A DNA stretch of 64,000 bases, taken from NCBI RefSeq assembly GCF_009914755.1, contig NC_060926.1; one strand, 5' to 3'. Shown here piece by piece: positions 1-12,465 of the stretch (its first letter is position 1; each line of letters opens with the position of its first letter). Source of the stretch: the human T2T-CHM13v2.0 reference genome, Homo sapiens. Made by a program: the position numbers and the translations under genes. The notes below the pieces were generated by a model. It saw nothing but the letters and a program-made list of their open reading frames with translations. It made no database searches and was not told the DNA's origin.

Positions 1-300
1 TTTTTGGTTTTGTTTGGGACAGAGTCTTACTCTGTCACACAGGCTGGAGTGCAGTGATGTGATCACAGCTCACTGCAACTTCAAACTCCTGGTCTCAAGT
101 GATCCTCCCACCTCAGCCTCCCAAGTAGCTGGGACTTCAGCTGTATGACACCATGTCCAGCTAATTTTATTTTTACTTTTTTGTAGAGGAAGGGTCTCAC
201 TATATTGCCCAGGCTGGTCCCAAACTCCTGTGCTCAAGCCATACTCCCACCTTGACCTCCCAAAGTTCTGGAGTTACAGGCCTGAGCCACCCTCCCAACC
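1..300 (-). mobile_element. Alu (AluJ-like)
   Basis: Reverse-complement Alu dimer with T-rich tail at window start. Confidence 0.85.
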
Positions 301-1016
301 TAGAGCAGTGTTTTTAATGACCAACTCCAAGGCTGAAAAAGAGTCAGTTGCCTTTCGCATATAATTTCTGGAATCATAATATTCTAATGCAGTTTGTAAC
401 TAAATTTATACTATTCAAAAAATCTAAACAAAACAGAACCGATGAGTTTGAATTATATTTGAAATATCAAGAACTTTGTAACTTCCAATCGATAAAATCT
501 TTAAAAGAAAATTAATCTTCTAAAAAAAAGAGGTTAAAAATAAACTAATTGGAAAATGTTAGAGAAGTACTTCCATAAACATGGGATACAAATTTCTGAC
601 ATGCTATTTGTGATCATGTTAATTTGCTAACCCTAGGAACTGCTTATTAATGGAAATATTTTTGCTGAGACATCTGCAATGCAGCTTTGATGTCTTGTTA
701 AACTATCAAAAATACAAGATGCAAATGCTGTATTCCCAAAGCAACTTAAAACTCTTCACAATACACACACATGGCATTTTAAATATTTTGTGATAAGAAT
801 GAATTACCTGTGCTCTCAATTCAAAAATGTGTACTTTGAAATAACTTTAAGAGATCATCAATTCTTTTTTAATCATAGAATAGTTTCCCTATGAGAAATG
901 CAAACTTTTTTTGGAAAATAGGTCAAGACACTGAGCATTTTTGACATCCTGGGACTCTTTAGAGAAAAGGATATTTTCTGAAAAATGGGTATAGTGCCAT
1001 TCCAGATATGCAGTTA

Positions 1017-1217
<201 letters not shown>

Positions 1218-1935
1218 AAGAAATGAGTTTAAGTGTCTAAAAAACAAGGAATATTAGCACCCAAGAAGTCTAATGACAAGAAGCTGTATTCTGCTAGCCA
1301 GAAGATGACCCAGAGGAAGAGATCAAATGCAGCCAAAAGTGGGATGAATGCAACCCTCCTGTGTATCATTTGTAATGATAGAAGCACTTCATGATTTCCT
1401 CATCGGCAAGCATGAGGGAGCTGGATGAAATGACTGCAGCATTTTCTTCTTACTCCACATGCCTGTGACTGTCTCTTTAACACCCCCTGGAGCCTGGAAA
1501 CTGAGTTCATCTACATTGCTGGAGAGGCAGAAGGCACAGCAGGAGATATATTAATTGGCTTTGGCATCTGGTGTGAGTTCAAATCCCTGTTCTAACATGT
1601 ACCAGCTGCGAAGCATTGGGGAAGGTTTTGAAGCCTTGTCTCCCTACAGATTCGGGAGCTGATATTTGCGAAGTGACTAACACGCAATAAGCACAGGGGA
1701 GGTAGAACCAGTTTTCAAAGGGATAATTCTTGTTCCTTCATCATTTGTATTTTTAAAAGATAAACTGAGACTGAAAAGTCAATGGCCATTTCATAAATAA
1801 CAGAGTCAGGCCCATAACGCAAGCCGTGTGACTCAGCTGTTCTTTCAACTTACAATTTATTAACCAAAGAACTCACCAATTCAGAGATGGGTTTGATCAA
1901 ATCAGCTACCTGACAATGGGAAATTTAAACGCACA

Positions 1936-1936
<1 letters not shown>

Positions 1937-1981
<45 letters not shown>
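1937..1981 (+). repeat. (CA)n microsatellite
   Basis: About 22 AC units. Confidence 0.95.
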
Positions 1982-1982
<1 letters not shown>

Positions 1983-3479
1983 CACCAGTTTAAATCTATT
2001 TCAAATTAGTTATGCTTACACCAAAAGGCAGAGTTCAGTTTGCGAGATCCCATCAGTGAGGATGGTGTAGCCCGACAGGAATTTTGAGAGAGACAAGGGT
2101 TCAAAGATCCAATGAGTTCCTGGACCAGGATCACCTGCAGATCCGGACTCCGTTCCTGTCTACCAGTGAGGCTGCTGTGACTCGAAGGAAGAGCCAAGAG
2201 GAAGGAGCCGGGGAAAGCTGGGGCTGCCTTGGCTGAGCACGTGTTTTATGCTCTCCACCAACCTTGTCTACGAGGGAAGATGGAGACAAATGCTGCCCAG
2301 GCCTGCGCAGCCGAGAGTGGTGGACACTGGGGGAAGCCGGTACCGCGGTGTGCGTGGAAAATGCATCAGATCTGGACTTAGACAACTGGAGTTGGTGTTT
2401 TTGTTCTGTCACTAGCTGGGTGGCTTTGGGGGAGAGAGAGGTCTCCAACTCTTGAATCTTCAGTTTTCTCAAAAATAGATAAAAATAGTCAATGGTTTAA
2501 AGGACAGTTATAAAAGTCAAATATGCTATTGTGTAAAAGTTATACATTTTCTGCATCTTAGCCTCCTTATTTGTAAACTAGGGAAAGTAACAGTATTCAC
2601 TGTGTAGGGTTATTAGGATTTAATGAGTTAATCCATGTGAAATGCTGATAGCAGTGTCTGGCTTGCAGCGAGCACTCCAATCGGTAGGCAGCTGGTTACA
2701 TAACACAGAAATGTCACCAGCCATTTCAACCCACTGTCCACTGTTACTGTTGCATTTATTGGCTTTTGGCTTTGGTGACTGACTTGTCGTTATGAAAGGG
2801 AAAAGGGCTCCTGTTTTGCCTATTTTCTTTTTTCCTTATGAGACCACAATCATTTAAAAAAAAAACTCTACAGCAGTAATAATTTTTAAAATGTATATAT
2901 TACTTATATATTAACATTAAGCATTAATACTGTTCAATAATAGAATATGAAGAAAAATACATATAGTGGTATTTGGGATTATAATCTTACACAGAATAGT
3001 GACAAGAGACATATGAAAGGGCAAGTGTATCAAAGCTAGATGACAATAAGACTGCAAATAAGATGAATTTATTCAACACTATGTACAAAGTTTAAGGCCG
3101 TGGTCTAATCCATGCATCATAATTGGATGAGTGATATCCATCGATCATTAGCCCGATACTGAACATTACTCCAAAATAATTAGTAGGAACAAAGATGTCT
3201 GATGTTAATAAAACAAGACTCTTTTTCTCCATAAGTATAATTCACATGGCTATAGATTTTTAAGTTTTACTTTTCCAAAACAGAAAGCCTTGAAGAGACT
3301 CCAAACCCTATTTTAAAACAAGAAAACTGATGATGATGATGATACTGATGATGATGATACAGCAAATAAAGCTAAAATTAAAATGTATCTTGGAAAAATA
3401 TGAGAATCAGCTCATCCCTAACTGGTAAGGAGCATTGACGGTAAGTATCACGTCAAGAGTGGGCGGCACCTGGAGCCAC

Positions 3480-3660
3480 ACTGGCTGGGCCCAGACCCTG
3501 GCTCTGCCACTCAGTAGCTGTGTGACTTTGGGCAATTCCTTAGCATCTCTGTGTCTCACTTTCTCATTTGTGAATTGAGAATAATAGTAACTATTTTATG
3601 CAGTTGTCATGAAGATCAAATTAGGTCTTAGAACATTGTCAGATACACAGTGTGTTCAAA
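3480..3660 (+). mobile_element. MIR SINE
   Basis: GCTCTGCCACTCAGTAGCTGTGTGACTTTGGGCAATTCCTTAGCATCTCTGTGTCTCACTTTCTCATTTGTGAA MIR core. Confidence 0.75.
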
Positions 3661-4493
3661 CACGGCAAGCCATTTTATTATAACAAATACATACAATACT
3701 TTAGTAAGTATCCAAAATGAGTACAGGATAAAGAATAACTGATAAAATAAATATTCAACACAAAATGTTGAATTTGGGGGTTCAGTTGAATATAAATCAT
3801 CCCGAGCCCATTAATACTGATAGAGATACAACTCCACATAACCACGCCATATATTAAAATCTCTTTCATTAAACCTAAGCAAGACACCATCAACTACAGG
3901 AGTTTTAGGAACCATTAAGAAAAAAAAATGTTGTCATAGATTTTATTGACTGCAAGACATATTCTAATTTCTAACAAGTCAGAATACAAAAAGAAAATAT
4001 GCATCTTAGAACCGAAGAAATTCTGATATGAGCAAACTGGAAAGTGGTCAGCAGAGTTAGACTGCAGAAGAGTGTGTTTAAGAACAAATATGCAGACACA
4101 AAGTCTAGTTTTCCCACTGGCTGCTGAGGTGGAAGATGTGTTTCTGGGACATGAGCGCTCACTTCTGGAGGGTTTAGCATCTCATTAATTACCAATCCCT
4201 GCTTACACCACAGAGGGTGTGGACTGGCATGGGAGCCCCCCAGGAACACATCCTGCCACATCTGCAAGAACAGGGAGAAGCCCCCAAGAGTTCCTGTTAC
4301 CACTGTTCTGGGAGAGAGAGGAGAACCTAAAAAACAGATAGCAATTGAGTGTTTATATTATAAATATTTATAAGCAAATCTTGAAAATTGAGCAGATTCT
4401 GGGTGGGTTTGATGATCTGAGAGTCCCTTGAATAAAAAGAATTCTAGAAAAGCTGTGAAACTTCACCTTTCCCCTATTCTTAACCTTACTTGC

Positions 4494-4600
4494 CTTTGGG
4501 AGGCTGAGGCAGGAGGATGACTTAAGGCCAGGAGTTTGAGAATGTAGTGAGCTATGACCACACCGGTTACACTCAAGCCTGGGCGAGACCACAACAAAAA
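4494..4600 (+). mobile_element. Old Alu/7SL-derived monomer fragment
   Basis: TTTGGGAGGCTGAGGCAGGAGGAT...CAAGCCTGGGCGA. Confidence 0.7.
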
Positions 4601-4879
4601 CCTTACCTGCCAACTGCTCCACGCTGGAAATTTATTTCGTTTCTTGGATTGTGGAAAGAACTGGCTTACTGAAAACCACACTTCTCTAAAACCCTTCTTC
4701 CAGTTAGGTGTTAAGATTTTAACAGCCTTTCCTATCTGAATAAAAACTGCACACAAAGTAAACTTAAGAGATGTCAACAACTCATCTGTTTGTTACAAGA
4801 TGAGTCTCCATGCTTCATCGCCTGTGGGGAATCCTCATCAGCGTCTAGTGGCAAAGACTCCTGTGTGCTCACCGAAACG

Positions 4880-5230
4880 CTCCCCTTCCTCCAGGGCACA
4901 CAGTCACATGGATTTCCCATGCACCCTGGCAGCTCAGCAGGAGTCCATGACTTAAGAAGGCCAATGGACTGTGGGTGAAGTCTGTGGACGGGGAAGCCAC
5001 ATGCGTCACTTCCAGGCCTGGGCGTGTGCATCCTCCACTCTCTTCCCCTGTGGGTGCAGAAGGCGGGGCAGAGGGCCCTGAAACCTTGGAGGTCGGTGGA
5101 GCCCAAAATGAAGGAGCGTGGGCCTCTGGGTCTTCATGTAAATTTAGGTAACACTGAACTGTCAGGTGAACAAGAAATAAACGTCAAATGTATTCAGTCG
5201 ATTAGATTTGGTGATGGTTGTTACAGCGGT
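4880..5230 (+). mobile_element. MaLR (MLT1-like) LTR remnant
   Basis: 3' end AAGAAATAAAC...GATTTGGTGATGGTTGTTACAGC typical of MLT1 LTRs; 5' limit uncertain. Confidence 0.55.
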
Positions 5231-5696
5231 TACCCTCCCTCAACATAATAAATTTTCAAACAACTCATAATGGCTCACTCATGTATAAAATATTCCATAT
5301 GAAATCCCGGGATAACATGCTTATTCTAGCTCAAGCTTAATCAGAGTAGTCCATCTGAGGGAGGAGATAGTAGAGGGCAGCAAGGGGTTGTCACTGAAGA
5401 TAACTAGCCTTGCTAAAAGAATGGTTGAAGAAGTGAGCTACAGATAGGGTAAATCCACATCTCAGACATTCTGTGATGGTCCTGATATTATCCTAAAGTA
5501 AAATGTAGAGTTGAACCATTTTAATTAGATTCTAGAATTCTATTAATTTATAAGATGGGCATTTCCACAAAGGACTAAACAAAGTACAAGAGGATTAAAT
5601 AATCATCCACATGGGAGGCACCGCCTTGCACTTTAAAATGATGGAGCTTATCAAGACTGGCTGTGGATATCTGTCCCTGGGAGGGTTTTTTCCCCC

Positions 5697-5828
5697 ATTT
5701 TTTTCCTTTTTGAGACATGTTCTCGCTATGTTGCCCAGGCTGGTCTTGAACTCCTGGGCTCAAGTGATCCTCCCGCCTCAGCCTCCCCAAGTAGCTGGGA
5801 TTACAAGTGCATGCCACCATGCCTGGCT
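5697..5828 (-). mobile_element. FLAM-like Alu monomer
   Basis: Reverse-complement left-arm-type monomer. Confidence 0.8.
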
Positions 5829-6006
5829 TAGGTCCCTAAGAGTTTGCAACAAAGCATGCTATTGTGGTTGAAAGATTTCCAAAAGCACAGCAGAAAAGCT
5901 TACAGGGGCCAGGCAGGTGACAGGGTGGGCAGAAAGTGAGAGGGAAGGTGGGACCTGTAAGGAGCTGTGGCACAACAGCACAATGTTAAGGGATTTACAT
6001 TCAGTA

Positions 6007-6290
<284 letters not shown>

Positions 6291-6377
6291 GTAATTTGAA
6301 GGCACTGTGTAGGATTTGTGGGCAGACACTCTCAGAGTTGCCCCCCTAGTTTATTCATTCACTTAACAAGTTTTAAT

Positions 6378-6677
<300 letters not shown>

Positions 6678-7037
6678 AACAAGTATTTACTGAATGTCCA
6701 CTGGCTTTCTGAGATCTAGGATTTGGTCTAAAAGATATCTCGAGGCTCTTTCCCAATCTATTGCTCTAAGAAATGTTTTACAGTAAACTAGGATGGTAAC
6801 CTAAAAAAGAAAAATATATGACAACCTAAAAAAAACTTAACAACACAAAATGACTGAAAAGAACTCAGGTAAAAGGAGAAAAACATACAGAACTTAAAAT
6901 ATAAATTAACTTCTTTCAAAATAAAAATAGTTTAATTTCCATCAAGTATAGCGATATGCAGTCTATAAATTCTCACAAACACAGCTTTAAAAAGTGCAAG
7001 TTGCAGGAACTATGATAAATTTGAAAATAACAATCTT

Positions 7038-7043
7038 TTTATT
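7038..7043 (-). terminator. Poly(A) signal of the alternative terminal exon (another AATAAA at 7142-7147)
   Basis: Minus strand AATAAA ~160 nt after the TAG at 7201, followed by T/GT-rich sequence. Confidence 0.6.
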
Positions 7044-7200
7044 AGACATCTGACCAAGAGGATGCTGTAAGATGCGCAATGTCAGGTTATATGGAGCTTA
7101 TTCACATGCTTCTTGCTATACTAAATATACACTAAATGGCTTTTATTTAAAATTTCATAAAAGGAACATTTCATTAAAACCAATTTAAATTCTACAACTA

Positions 7201-7413
7201 CTAAGAACAAATAAAACTAGTAGAGGTGAACAAATCTCTCTTCTCCAGTCGACTGGACAGCAGGATTACTGAGTAGTAGGTAGGCCGAGTCTTCTTCACC
7301 CCCTTATTATTTGGTGAGGAAGTCAACTGTGAGAAGTGACTCGAACTGTCAGAAGAAATGAGAAAAGTGCTTGGGTCTATGGGCAGGGTACTAAGATCTA
7401 CAGCGCCTGTTGC
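7201..7413 (-). CDS. KIDINS220: KIDINS220 alternative terminal exon, 70-aa alternative C-terminus
   Basis: cgttttctttcaag|GCAACA; phase 0; ATGAVDLSTLPIDPSTFLISSDSSSHFSQLTSSPNNKGVKKTRPTYYSVILLSSRLEKRDLFTSTSFICS*; two AATAAA downstream. Confidence 0.75.
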   Translation of the reverse strand, partial: ATGAVDLSTLPIDPSTFLISSDSSSHFSQLTSSPNNKGVKKTRPTYYSVILLSSRLEKRDLFTSTSFICS

Positions 7414-8277
7414 CTTGAAAGAAAACGAGGTAAATGTGTACAAAATGTTAAAATTAGAAAATGATCATGGATAATCAAGGTGGTATTATTTCAAAAGCTT
7501 CTTAATTTGAATAATATGGAGCATGTAATTCTACATTGCTTCTAAAAGGAAAGTTTCATTTACTCACGTTCTAAGAATTCAGTTTGATATGTTATTCCAT
7601 GTTCTGTCAAATCTCAGAAAAACGAAGAAAGGGTTCCTAGCACATACCACTAGTGTAAATAACACTACAAAAAGCATTTAACCTAAGAAAATGGACTTAC
7701 GTGCAATCTTGGTAAAAAGATGACTGCAGCTGAAGCTCCGCAGGCAGACTCAGAATATTTCGTGTGCTTTGAAGCAGGAACGCTTGTCTTTATATTACGT
7801 AATTCATGCTATTGCTCATTTAAGTTGGTCTTTCACTCCAGATAGGTTTTTATTGATTTTTAAAGGGTCATCCTTCGAATAGTTGGGTAATAATTGCTCC
7901 TACTTCTTGACTGACCCTTTTATTCTTATACATTCTTTCTTTTTCAAAATGCCACACTGTACTGGGAATTCAGATCTGCCCATCCTACAGCTACCCGGGC
8001 CCCACTCAAAAAGGGCTTCTGAGTTCCAGAAAGTCCTCGTCATGAAACATTCCACCTACAGCACGTGTGTGCGACACACACCAGACTCTGATGCCAGTGT
8101 AAGCCAAGGCTGTGATTGGCTAATCATTTTACTTAAAAGGTTTTGACCAGGTCGGTGACAATATTTAATTTCTAGCAACCATTTTAGAGGTTTCTTACTT
8201 AACTCCGTTTGTTAAAGTGGTGAGAATATAAATTCTCTAATTGGTGAGAACTTTTTTGAACAGCTGGCTTAAAATTA

Positions 8278-8600
8278 CAGCCATGCATCAGTTGACGACA
8301 GGGGTACATTCTGAGAAATGCGCTGTTGGACGATTTTGTCGTGGGAGCATCACAGAGCACACTTAAACAGACCTAGATGGTGGCACCCACTACACACCTA
8401 GGCTGTGTGCCATAACCTACTGCTCCTAGCTACACATCTGTACAGCACGGTACTGAATACTGCAGGCAACTGTCACCATGCTATCTGCATGTCTAAACAT
8501 AGAAAAAGGACGGTAAAAATATAGTATTAGAATCTTATGGGCCCACTGTCACAGATGTGGTCCTTTGTTGGCCAAAACGTCCTAACGTGGCATATGACTG
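8278..8600 (+). mobile_element. Tigger3a/MER7-like non-autonomous TcMar DNA transposon
   Basis: TA|CAGCCATGC...CATATGACTG terminal inverted repeats; internal CCTAGATGG, CTACACACCTAGGCT and TCTAAACATAGAAAA motifs. Confidence 0.8.
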
Positions 8601-9604
8601 CAGCTGACTTCGAAAACTAATTTTTTACATACCTTAGTTTAATCTGGATCCTCTGAAGAGCTATCTATCTCAAGGCCAGCATTTTCTTCCTAGGCATGAA
8701 AGGGTTTAAAATTATGTAAGATTGTAAATTCTCTATTTAATCAGTCTCAACCAGGGATTCTCAACCTTTGTGATAAGCCATTAAAAAAACTATCCAGTGC
8801 TGGCTGTTGTCTATACGTTTCTATTTTTCAATTCAGTTGCATAATTATGGCCTATGCTTAGAATTCTGAGGTAGGGAAGGATAGGGAGTACCACAGCCTG
8901 GAAACTCAAAACGCGATAGTCTCAGAGAGCCCACCTGAGTCTGCTCATGCTGCCCCCGCAAAAGAACAGTATCCCCACTGGTTTCTTCCCTTCCGCCCAG
9001 TGTCGGCGTGCGCCTGGAAGAGAAGGTGGGAATAAAGGAGGCTCGATGCTCAGTCTGGAGTGCTGGCCAAAGAAGTTAACTTATGGCACCTTCCCTTTTA
9101 CCCACGTATTCCCTCAAGTCACTCGCCCATGAAGGGGCACGGTGCCTTCTAGTGCTTTTCCTGGTAGATAGGTTGATTTTACTCAGGAGTTAGCCAGGAA
9201 TTCAGAGATTCCTGGATTTTTAAACTATGGGATACTTCTAAATAGGCTGAGAATTCCGGGTGTAACTAAAAATCACCTTTTAAATTTAGTCTTTTACCCA
9301 TAAGATTTACTTCCATTCAAAAAAATATCTTCTAATGGTTAGTATTTGTAAGAAAAAAATCATGATTACAAATGTATTTTACTGCAGCAGTCTAACATGC
9401 AAATGGTCTAAAAAGGTCTCGAGAGTAGCATTTTCGCAAGTAAGTTTCATTTAAAATTACTTGGCTAGGCAATCAAAATCATTCTGACCACTATATAAAC
9501 CCATATAAGTAAAATATAACACATAAACACATTTTGCTTTTAATATTGAAAATGTTGGTTATTATGAATGCTTAAATTTCCCAGTGTTGGAGAGCTGATC
9601 CCTA

Positions 9605-10110
<506 letters not shown>

Positions 10111-10618
10111 CCCCACAGGACTCTAAATGGATAGAATCTAAGGGCAAGATTAGAGCACCAATTTCTTTTTCTATCATTTTGCACCCAGTTTAAAGCAGAG
10201 TTTTGCATGTGTGAGAATCAGACTGAGCTATAAACAGATACACACACACATAGACGCACAGGTTCAAGGGAGATGGTCTATGACTCAATAACTCATCTGG
10301 TTTGTCAATTTCGGTATCAGTATGAAAAAGCAAACTTTTCCAGGAAGTTCATGGAATAAACTGATATCCTCCAGGTTCTGGATAACCTACCTTTTCTATC
10401 TACAGGAACGCACTGCACAGCGCTGCTGGGCGCTAGCATGCTGTGGGCACAAACGCTTCATAAAGCACCACTGAGGCACTGGGACTTACGAGCCACATTC
10501 TCTTAAAAAGACTAGTTGGGAGCAGTTCAGAACACTTCTGCCAACTGCATGACTGTACATGAACCTGAAAGTCTTTAACAAACTTCAGACATGTGACAAA
10601 ACAAACACACAAACTACT

Positions 10619-10624
10619 TTTATT
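10619..10624 (-). terminator. Poly(A) signal AATAAA, likely main site (second AATAAA at 10688-10693)
   Basis: Minus strand AATAAA followed by GU-rich GTTTGTGTGTTTGTTTTGT. Confidence 0.7.
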
Positions 10625-10783
10625 TTTAATCAAAATGTGAATCATCATAGTGAATAAAAATTCATGAGTCAGAATAGCATGCAATTTTTTATTGTTTTCT
10701 AAATCTATTTGTACACTTAATATGCTAGTATTAATTTCACAAACAGTATAAAGAATGTACTCCAATGATATTACGCGGCAACT

Positions 10784-10802
10784 ACTCACCTGAAAAAGAA
10801 AA
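10784..10802 (-). promoter_or_regulatory. Juxtaposed 3'/5' splice site (AG|GT, recursive-splice-site-like motif)
   Basis: Minus strand TTTTCTTTTTCAG|GTGAGT, junction 10790/10789; motif seen directly, use unproven. Confidence 0.5.
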
Positions 10803-12465
10803 CATTGTCTCTGAAATAATTCCTAATTATACAATTTTGCAAATAAGCACTATAAATGTTAAAATGTTAAGACTTCAGTGTATAATGTCAATAACATCCT
10901 GCCTTTTTAAAATTGCTTAAAACATTTGTTAAAGATCATGCAAAATAAACACTGTATTAAAATGCTAGATTACACTCAAACATCAAGGCAATGAAACACA
11001 AAAGAGCAACTATTTAGCACAATGACTGGCCCAGTAAATAACTTAATCAGCATATTAATAAAAACCCACTGAGTGATAAACATCGAAAATGTAACACTGA
11101 ATCTAGATAATAGCGCATCTGCGATCTCACCATCTACCGTCCTAACTGTGACTTGGGGTAAACCACCAGAATTCATTCTACATAAATGAGCTATGTTAAA
11201 ACGATAACAATATTTCATTGCATGATGACAGGGTACATTTCTAGTCCACACAGTACTTCAATGTGACCATTCTCTTAACTCGGCTAATAATTAATGGAAA
11301 GTACACTTTTACAGTCACAGCACTTATATAGATATATATATATATTTTACCCTTGCTTTGTTACATGTTTCCAAATTTTTTTTTAAAAAGTATTTCCTTT
11401 CTTATGATCCTTCCCCAGAACTAACATGCTGACTTAGGAACAGATGAAGTAGATAAAGTCTATCCTAGTATAGAGAGCAATGATTTAGTTTTACCTAATT
11501 AAATATTTCCTTGTCATTTATCAATTGTCACTGACCTTTTTGATGTAATTATTTCCTCATTCACTCATCTATAAATATTTATTAGTACCTATTATTACCC
11601 ATGTCTCCCTGATTTTCCAGAAAAAGAATTCATGTTTTTTTTTCTTCTCATTGCTAAGCTCACTTAGAAAAGTTGGGCACCATTTAAAAGAGTTGGAGAA
11701 CAGACCAGGGTGGCTTCTTGGGCACAGCTGGATGGTGCTGGAAGCCAGGCCTGGGATTTGGAGAGAAGAGTTTCCGACATATAAACCCACGGAGGTCACC
11801 AGCCCTCCCCGCATCTACTCTCCTAACAGCTCAGGACAGCCCCGTCACACTACTGCCAGCCCTGGTGACTCACTTTGTTGGCAATTTTTAAAGCCCTCTT
11901 CATTATGTACTTCCTACTCTTCAGAACCTCTGTGATAAGCAATACCCCTGCCATACAGAACGCTGGATCTCGGTTTACTCAGCCTCTCCCTGTAGCGTCA
12001 CAGGCTGTGCACTCACCTAGGTGAGCCCCTAAGAGCAGGGTTTGCTTCTGCTTCACCTAACGCCACGTCTTCCCTCAAATGTGTGGTCACCAAATGTTTG
12101 CAAAAAGGGTCTCTAGCTTTTTTTCTTTTTGGCACATTAAGCCCTTTAAAATACTTCTGACCTATCTTTATACTCAGATCTCACCTCGTCTCAAAAAGTT
12201 TTATGGGGTAATGCGCCAATGAAAGGTACAGTAGTATTAGTGAGTTCTGAAGCTTCTAATTACAAAGACCACAGAGGCTGGCTGGTGAGCCATGCTTCTC
12301 ATGCTCCCTTCTGTCACACTGCAGATGTCTCTTTTACCTCGGCCTCATCATCGGTTAGTTATCTGTCAGCAAAATGTAGAAAGGTGATGGGCGTGGATGG
12401 AGTCAAAATCCAGGACAATTCTGTCATAAGGGTACAGTAACACTCTTCTCCTTTGCTTGTTTTTC

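Larger units (their letters stand above)
10600..12465 (-). other. KIDINS220: KIDINS220 main 3'UTR (3' end approximate)
   Basis: AT-rich sequence with no obvious interspersed repeat between the stop codon and the AATAAA at 10619-10624. Confidence 0.75.

Noticed and set aside
1829-2400. AP-1 TGACTCA/E-box at 1829-1839 and a mildly CpG-rich patch with ORFs 2006-2472
   Set aside because: Single short motifs and ORFs partly in MIR-like sequence; an enhancer or gene cannot be supported from sequence alone.
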